Source: Octopus sinensis
Taxonomy: Eukaryota
NCBI RefSeq assembly: GCF_006345805.1
Contig: NC_043008.1
Location: 58,156,001-58,220,000 of the forward strand
Reading direction: 5' to 3'
Length of the DNA stretch: 64,000 nucleotides
Shown here: piece after piece, positions 56,241 to 64,000 of the stretch
How the letters are laid out: every line of letters begins with the position of its first letter
Numbering within the stretch: the first letter of the stretch is position 1
Position numbers and translations under genes: made by a program
Notes under the pieces: generated by a model
Database searches by the model: none
The model's input: the letters and a program-made list of their open reading frames with translations, nothing else
What the model was told of the DNA's origin: nothing

Positions 56241-56923
56241 AATGGAGAAAATTACGAAATATTATATCATCTCACTGAATGTTTATATCTCGTAAAATAA
56301 TCTTCCACAATGTTTAATAGCTATGAAATATTTGTAGATGTCACACGTACATATTATGTTCCATACGATCCTAGAAGCACATAAATTTCATGCACACAGA
56401 TACAGAAACACACACACCCACACACACACACACATACAAACATGTACATAGAAGAGGGTCCTATATAAAAAGAACAAAACAGAAACGACGACAACGAACA
56501 AAAGTGTGGGATGAAGAGTAAGCATACAGACAAACAGCACAGTGATACTCATAGATACATATTCACATTTACAGAAGCAAATGTATATAAAGACACATAC
56601 ACACGTACATACAGGCAGACGACCGAATAAGCGCGAGCGCTTACGAACATACAGAACTGCACATATATATATATATAGGCAGACATATTGTTCCGCAGTA
56701 TTAATGATGATTAATCATGCTAAATATTTATATCACTGAATGTAATCTTTCTCAGTTTAAATATCTATTGTAATATTCCACATGTCGCACATTGGCTAAC
56801 ATATAAACACATAGTGTCATATGCAAATAGTCACGCACACACACACGCGAACGCATATGAATGCGTAAGCACACACAGCCTCGATCTCACACTTAGAAAG
56901 CCATATGTGGGCATATCTATAGA

Positions 56924-56954
<31 letters not shown>

Positions 56955-57114
56955 GTATGTATAAGTATATATATGTACGTATACATTCATTTATATATGT
57001 ATATATATGTATATATGTGTATATATATGTATGCATGCATACTTCCTTTTATGTCTGTCTGTATTTATGTATGTATATGTATATGTATCTCTCTCTCTCT
57101 CTCCTCTCTATATA

Positions 57115-57165
<51 letters not shown>

Positions 57166-57241
57166 CTTACACATATGTATGTCGTGTATATCAATCTGAT
57201 CGGAGAAAGCTAAAATGACTTCATCTACGTGATTGCTGGTG

Positions 57242-57295
<54 letters not shown>

Positions 57296-57687
57296 GTGCA
57301 TACACACTCACGTATATGTGTGCAGACACACACATATACGCGTGTTTACATACGTGTATGTGCGTGTGTATGAGCGTATGGTGCACATATGTATCCTTCA
57401 ATATACGTGAGTGGTATCTGATTATTGATTCTATGTTTGTTTTCTACACTGTGATGTGTAGGTGTAATAACAGATATATTACTAAAGCGTGTTAAATATG
57501 AACAACCAGTGTTAAGTCTTCTGTTAGAGATACGTGTATCAAAGAACGATATCCAAAACATATTTTTGATATCTGCACTGATATCGAATGTTCTGTTCTG
57601 TCCTGTCTTATCAGATTGAACGTAATAATCAAGACCGCCATCTTAAAATAACACTTCGCCATTATATATTACTGAAAAATAATCTGA

Positions 57688-57748
<61 letters not shown>

Positions 57749-57984
57749 AAATTATGTTACAAAAAGAAAATATAAAATACACGTGGAAATGTAAAGGGTA
57801 AAATATGAAAAATCAACGAAAATGCACATTGTAAATAAAAAAAAGACTTTTTATGACAGGTAACGACAAATATATACATTTAGATGGAGTGAGGTAATAA
57901 GAGTCATAAAAGTCATTATTATGAGATGATTATAAGATGATTATATATATATATATATATATACGTATGTATATTCTTTTAATC

Positions 57985-58153
57985 TTTTATTTGTTACAGT
58001 CATTTGACTGCGGCCATGCTAGAGCAACGCCTTTAGTCGAACAAATCGACCCCAGGAGTTATTCTTTGGTAAGCCTAGTACTTATTCTATCGGTCTCTTT
58101 TCCTGAAGTTACGAGGATGTAAACACACCAACATCGGTTGTCAAGTGACAAAC

Positions 58154-58186
<33 letters not shown>

Positions 58187-58335
58187 CGACCGGCTTCTTT
58201 CAGTTTCCGCCTACCAAATTCACTCACGAGGCTTTGGTCGGCCCGAGGCTATAGTAGAAGACACTTGCCCAAAGTAGGACACTGGACCCGGAGAAATGTG
58301 GTTGGTAAGCAAGCTACTTACCACGCAGCCACTCA
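57985..58335 (-). mobile_element. SINE family B
   Basis: Reverse-complement match. Confidence 0.87.
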
Positions 58336-58383
58336 TGTATACACACACACACACGCATATACACACACATATATATATATATA

Positions 58384-58434
<51 letters not shown>

Positions 58435-58525
58435 ATATATACTATATATATATATATAGATATATATAGAGCCAGTAGAGATAAAATCAACAGACACACA
58501 CACGTTACACTTAATGATTTGATTT

Positions 58526-58582
58526 CACTCTGTGTAACTTAGTGTTTCGTTAGCTTGTCAACGAACCTAACTCATCAGGCAC
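58526..58582 (-). ncRNA. Hammerhead-like core
   Basis: Minus strand CTGATGA-GTTAG(13 nt)CTAAC-GAAA-CACT..; stem II perfect, cleavage site and stem I doubtful. Confidence 0.45.
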
Positions 58583-58660
58583 GTAAAACTGCATGGAGAG
58601 GAACACAGTATGGACAGCAACCCAATAATCAGATGCCTTATCATATATTTATGTATGTAT

Positions 58661-59643
58661 CTCATTATTGAGTCTTATTTCAAGATGTTTTGCCAATAGG
58701 GAAAAAGTCGTTTTCTAACCTAGATCCAAGGCTCCTTCATTGGAATTTCAACATCAAGAACTGGGTATTTTTGTATGTATGTGTGCAGATTTGTATGTTT
58801 TGTTTTATGTATGCTTTCTCATGCGTATACTTGCATATCTAGACATATACTTCAATGATAAACTTCTGGAAAGTTTTACAGATTTTTACAGTTCCAGTAA
58901 ATGGATTGGATTTGTAGTCTTCGAATTAGCTTTCTCCTTTCTGGTTTTGAGAAGCCCAATTTCTTAAGATTGGTATTTAGGCAGTGTTACATATCCCAGG
59001 GCCCCAATAATTACTGGTATAAACCTGAACTTGTAATCTGGATAGAGTAACTGCTGATTTCTCAATAGTTAAGCGTAGGTATTCTCTTTTTCACTGATCT
59101 TTACCTTTATGTTAACATCTGCTGGGCAGCTAATTTCCACAACTATACACAGTTTCTCTTCCCTATCTCAAATCATTATATCATGCCTGTTGTGCTTACA
59201 TTTTATTGAGGTTTTCACTGGGAAATTCCACCAGTGCCCCCTTTTACTATGAGTGGTTATGGCTTCTACCATACTGGGGGTTCTTATTTCTTCGTTCTCG
59301 GGGCTATCTTTCCGACGGATTTTCTTATTGAGTGTCCTAGTTACAACATCATGTCTCATCGGTAGATAATACGGTGATAGCATTTTCGGACAACTGCCTA
59401 TGATGTGGGTGATATCTTCGGTCTTATCTCTACAAAGTCTGCATAATTTGTCACATTTTACTTTTCTTCCATCTCTATCCCTTTTGTGCATCTGGTATTT
59501 GGTTGATATTTCCTGTTCCTGGATTGCAAAATCATACCTTCAAAGTGGGAGGTAGTAATCCGGCTATTGGTTCATGATAGACTGGTTTGATGATCAATGT
59601 TACTATCATCTCGGATAGTCTTCTGCTCATATATGTTCATCCT
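58661..59643 (-). mobile_element. RLE-type non-LTR retrotransposon 3' part (family 2), flanked by (TATG)n
   Basis: TSHFEG..FAIQEQEISTKY..CRLCRDKTEDITHIIGSC..MRHDVV..WWNFPVKTSIKCKHNRHDIMI/WDREEK..VEISCPAD..YKFRFIPVIIGALGYV. Confidence 0.85.
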
Positions 59644-59689
59644 GTATGTATGTATGTATGTCAGGTCACTTTTGAGTGCTACTGGTAAC

Positions 59690-60050
59690 ATGTAACCTAG
59701 TACAACCTGTTGCATGGTCGGGTCGCCGGCGACTAAACCGGCAACTTCACCAAGCAAGCTTGGTGAGGAGGGTGTTTATTGGACACCTTGTGGGATGAAA
59801 AACAAAACCCCTCAAAGGGCGGAGGAACTCTTGAAAGTCAACGACCATCCAATAAATGTCTTAAGACTGTATCATGCGCGGGGAAATAGAAATAATCGGA
59901 CTGAATGCTCGATCGCGCGGTTAAACCATTGGGGGTGAAGGACTCCTCGCCTTTGTTAGGGCATTCTTCTAGGAGAAGGTAACTCAGGTAACTGGGATAA
60001 CTCCGAAAAAAACCTGCTGCTCAGTGGTTACCGATGATGTTGACTTGTTC
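59690..60050 (+). other. GC-richer structured segment, possibly an RTE-type LINE 5' UTR relic
   Basis: Hairpins GTCGC/GCGAC and TCACCAAGC/GCTTGGTGA, and the word CTAGGAGAAGGTAACTC, recalled from RTE 5' UTRs (inference). Confidence 0.35.
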
Positions 60051-60421
60051 TTCTTTTCGAATTATGCCTGCTGTTGCTTAGTGAGTGGGATTGACTCAGT
60101 GCACAGCCTTTCCTCACGTAAAATAATCTTCTTGCATAGGCATTGCACGATAACAACATTGATTAAGCTTCGTGCAATGGCCATACTCGATAATGAGGGG
60201 GTAGCCACCATGTATGTATGTATGTATGTATGTATGTATGTATGTATGTATGTATGTATCAATATATGTACGTGTCTATATGTCTGTCTGTCTATCTATC
60301 TATCTATCTATCTATCTATCCATATGTTTATGTATGCATCTCTCTCCTCTTTATATATATATATGCACACATAAATTTAAATATATATATTCATATATAT
60401 ATATATATATATATAATATAT

Positions 60422-60456
<35 letters not shown>

Positions 60457-60514
60457 TCTGCCCAGTATATATATCACGCCTTATATATATATATATATTA
60501 TAATATATAATATA

Positions 60515-60915
60515 TATATATATATATTCTGCCCAGTATATATATCACGCCTTATATATATATTATATATATATATATATAATAATAAATATTAGGGAAT
60601 AAATCCAAATTTACAGGTAAAAAATCAGATTTAGGATTAAATCGATTTAATAGTAAAATATTATAAAATATTATTAGAGACAAAACCACTATTTTGCAAA
60701 ACAAACAAGGAAAGACTTAATCAATACATAAAATTTTAATAAATAGTCAAAAAAAAAAAAAAAAAATTGACTATTTATTAAAATTTTATGTATTGATTAG
60801 TCTTTCCTTGTTTGTTTTGCAAAATAGTGGTTTTGTCTCTAATAATATTTTATATATATATATATATATATATTAAGGCGTGGTATATATATATTGGGCA
60901 GAATATATATATATA
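60515..60915. repeat. Long palindrome: ~89-bp arms around a 16-A loop, with outer inverted flanks
   Basis: 60662-60750 versus 60767-60854 differ by one indel. CTGCCCAGTATATATATCACGCCTT (60528-) is mirrored at 60874-60902. Confidence 0.92.
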
Positions 60916-60936
60916 CATATGTGTGCATTTGTGTGA

Positions 60937-60974
<38 letters not shown>

Positions 60975-61222
60975 GTATTTAAAATACATATATAGGCATA
61001 TAAACACACCTCTGGCATTGCTAAATAGATGTATTTGACAGCCATTTATTTATGTTTACCAATTTTTGTGGAGTTACATGATCGACACACCATACTGCAA
61101 TACTAAAAGCAGCTGAATATTGACTATGGTACACGTTTGCATCGCTACCATAGTTTTACAATTGATATGCACGTCAACAAAATGTGTGTTGTGTGTGTAA
61201 ATATATATATATATATATGTAC

Positions 61223-61346
<124 letters not shown>

Positions 61347-61495
61347 CATATATGCGCACACATATACGCTCATATATATAACAAGGTAAAAATACACTCA
61401 TCTATGTATATATATATATATTATATATATATATATATATACATATAAATACTTATGTATATGCATATTTATATATTTTGTATATGTATGCATAC

Positions 61496-61572
<77 letters not shown>

Positions 61573-62239
61573 ATATTTATATGTATATCTATCTATCTAT
61601 TTATGTGTTTGTCTTTCTGTCTGTCTGTCTCTATCTATATTTGCATATTTTTGCATATTCAACCAAACTGTATTTTATTTCTGCTTTGTGAAAATGGTTT
61701 TGTTATATCGCCGTTTTTGCTAGGATACACGGCCAATGTGTTTTATTTTTCTTGAAGTTATAATCGGAATTACAAATAGAAAATCGAAAAAATAAAATAC
61801 GAAGGGACTCTTGTCAACCAGTCCACATCTACATCTCATATACACTCGCAAACACAGAGAAAAAAAATAGACACACATATACCTACATACAGGCATAAAT
61901 ACACACACATGCAGCGTACTTGGCAGTCTGGTTAAGAAGTTTACTACTCAATCACGTGTTTGTTCGGCTGACACCTTGTCAGTGTATTGGAAGTAGAATG
62001 TATTGGGGTCACGAACACTGCGTAGAGTTCATTCGGCGTTAGTGATTGTAAGGATAAGGAATGTTTTTGTATGTGTGTCACCATTGTGATGAGTTCGATC
62101 GGTTCAATATCAATGAAAAGAGCACAACTTCTGTTGGAATTTTAAATACCAAGATATTGATCTTTTTCCGTTGGAAAACTGTATTAACTCTACCTACAAC
62201 TAACAACAGAGAAAAGCTGCTTACACGATGTTATTTTAT

Positions 62240-62535
62240 TTTATTTATGCGCCCTTTTCAAGCCTAGCCAGGCTCATGGGCCCGGTTTCCCGGTTACAGT
62301 GACGTATGTGTTCCCGCCAGCTGGACGGGACGCCAGTCCATCGCAGCGTTACTCAAGAAACAGGAAGAGAGAATGAGAGAAAGAGTACAACAGGGGTCGC
62401 CACCCCACCGCCGGAGCCTCGTGGAGCTTAAGGTGTTTTCGCTCAATAAACACACATAACGTCCGGTCTGGGAATCGAAACCCCAATCCTCCGACCGCTA
62501 GTCCACTGCCCTAACCACTGGGTCATTGCGCCTCC
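62240..62535 (-). mobile_element. SINE family E head with tail type 3
   Basis: Same head as 315 and 22710. Tail GCGATGGACTGGCGTCCCGTCCAG..(AAAAT)n. Degenerate TSD CTT(A)CACGA(T/A)GTTA. Confidence 0.85.
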
Positions 62536-62889
62536 TTCACGAAGTTAGATTATTCAAAATTACTACAAGATTTTGTTGTAACCGTCACTATGAATTTAGC
62601 AAGTAGCTGGTTTAGCTGCGTAGTTGTCGTCTTCCATTGCTTTTGATGCCGTTCCTAAGCGTACGCCACAACTACTTTTTAGTGGGAAGAGAATGTCCTG
62701 TTTATAGTTATTTATTTCAAACAGAAAACGTTGCCAAAAGATGGAATTGTTAATGAGATCTTGCTTTACTATGTGTCTGAATGGTCAGTTTCTTAATGAT
62801 GTCATTAATTATTAAGTGAATCGCGTTCGTGTAGTTTAGTTGATTTTGAATTGAATCCGAGTTCGATTTCTAGGGAGTAAGTTAGTGTT

Positions 62890-63060
62890 TGCCAAATATT
62901 CCAGCTACAGATTTAAATTCGCTGCGTGGGACATTTTGGAAATTGTCTTCTACCATAGCTTCAGGCAGGTTGATAAATGCCTTGTGAGTAGAATTTGGTA
63001 AACTGCAAATGTGTAACATTGTGTCATATAAACACACACTCAGTGCACGTAAATATATGT
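62890..63060 (-). mobile_element. Old SINE family B head
   Basis: Diverged CCTTGTGAGTAGAATTTGGTA and TGTCTTCTACCATAGC. Confidence 0.65.
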
Positions 63061-64000
63061 TTATATAATATTTATATATATATATGAGTGTGTGCGTACA
63101 CGCGCACACACATACACAAACAGCCTGCACATATCCAGAAGTTGATGAAAGGAGCTATAGAAGGGAAGCAATTCTCATGTTTTGATACTACTTCCGTGTT
63201 TGTGAAATCGTTGTATCTCTGCCGTAAGGCTTCATTTCCACACGCGCCAGCTTAATTCAATTCGTCCTTAGTCGAAAGACACCTGTTGTTATCTCCTGTT
63301 ATTATTTTTATTGTATTTATATTTGTGTAATATTGTCCGTTTTTTCCGTTCTTGTTTTTGTATACATTCGCTGATTTCTTCTAAGGAATCTAATGCTCAT
63401 AGCTTAGTTTTTCGTTGGGGCTGGCCAGATTGGAGCCATCTCAAGAACAATCAGCCGAAATTGCGAGGATAATCTGGTTCTTGACTGAAGGTAGAAAACT
63501 TCGAATGACCCGTCCGTGTTTTCTTTGTATCGTCTATATGATGTTTTATTATCTCTTTTTGTATCACCTAGTTTTCCGGATGTTTTGCGTTCTTGTCCCA
63601 TTTTGTATTTTATATATAAATATATATATATACACACATACATACAAATGCACAGACACACTTACACACATATATATAGTACTAGTGCATTAACCATGTT
63701 TAGTTTCAGTGCTATTACATACTCCGGCATAAAGCTATTAATTTTAATCTAGGCTAGATATTTTGATTCATAGTCAACACATTTGTGAGGAGAAAAGTAG
63801 ATATCAACTGGATAATTTTCCCCTCTGTTGAGATTTCACTAGAGTCTTAGCACCCTCTTTAACTATCTACAGAGAAACATTATTCATCCAATAGTAAGCA
63901 AGAGAAGTAAGTACTGGCGTACAACGCATATACACTATTAAACAAGTCCCTACTAAAATATGATTAATGATACAAACATTAAGAAAACATTAGGCGACAT

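Noticed and set aside
63170-63620. Possible Penelope-type terminal repeat with a hammerhead (GGCT..AGTC-GAAA)
   Set aside because: The CUGANGA box is destroyed and the family identity cannot be shown from this window.

Overview
AT-rich, repeat-saturated eukaryotic DNA, most likely intronic or intergenic sequence from an octopus. That assignment is an inference from the tRNA-derived SINE families and the very high microsatellite load. I could not recognise any host protein-coding exon, and almost all long ORFs in the track are microsatellite translations. The window holds about 30 SINE copies or clusters, four mariner relics, two hAT (Buster/Charlie-type) transposase relics, Helitron-type non-autonomous elements, a Penelope-like GIY-YIG fragment, L1/Tx1 fragments and seven RLE-type non-LTR fragments, all decayed or truncated. 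Main observations: (1) three unrelated retroelement families each sit in their own microsatellite: R4/Dong-like in (TAA)n, Tx1-like in (TATC)n and a second RLE family in (TATG)n; (2) a type I hammerhead ribozyme with an intact core and a multibranched stem II at 53.07-53.20 kb, plus three degenerate hammerhead cores; (3) modular and multimeric SINEs, with TSDs indicating that the chimeric copies moved as single units; (4) fold-back palindromes at (TA)n and poly-A tracts.
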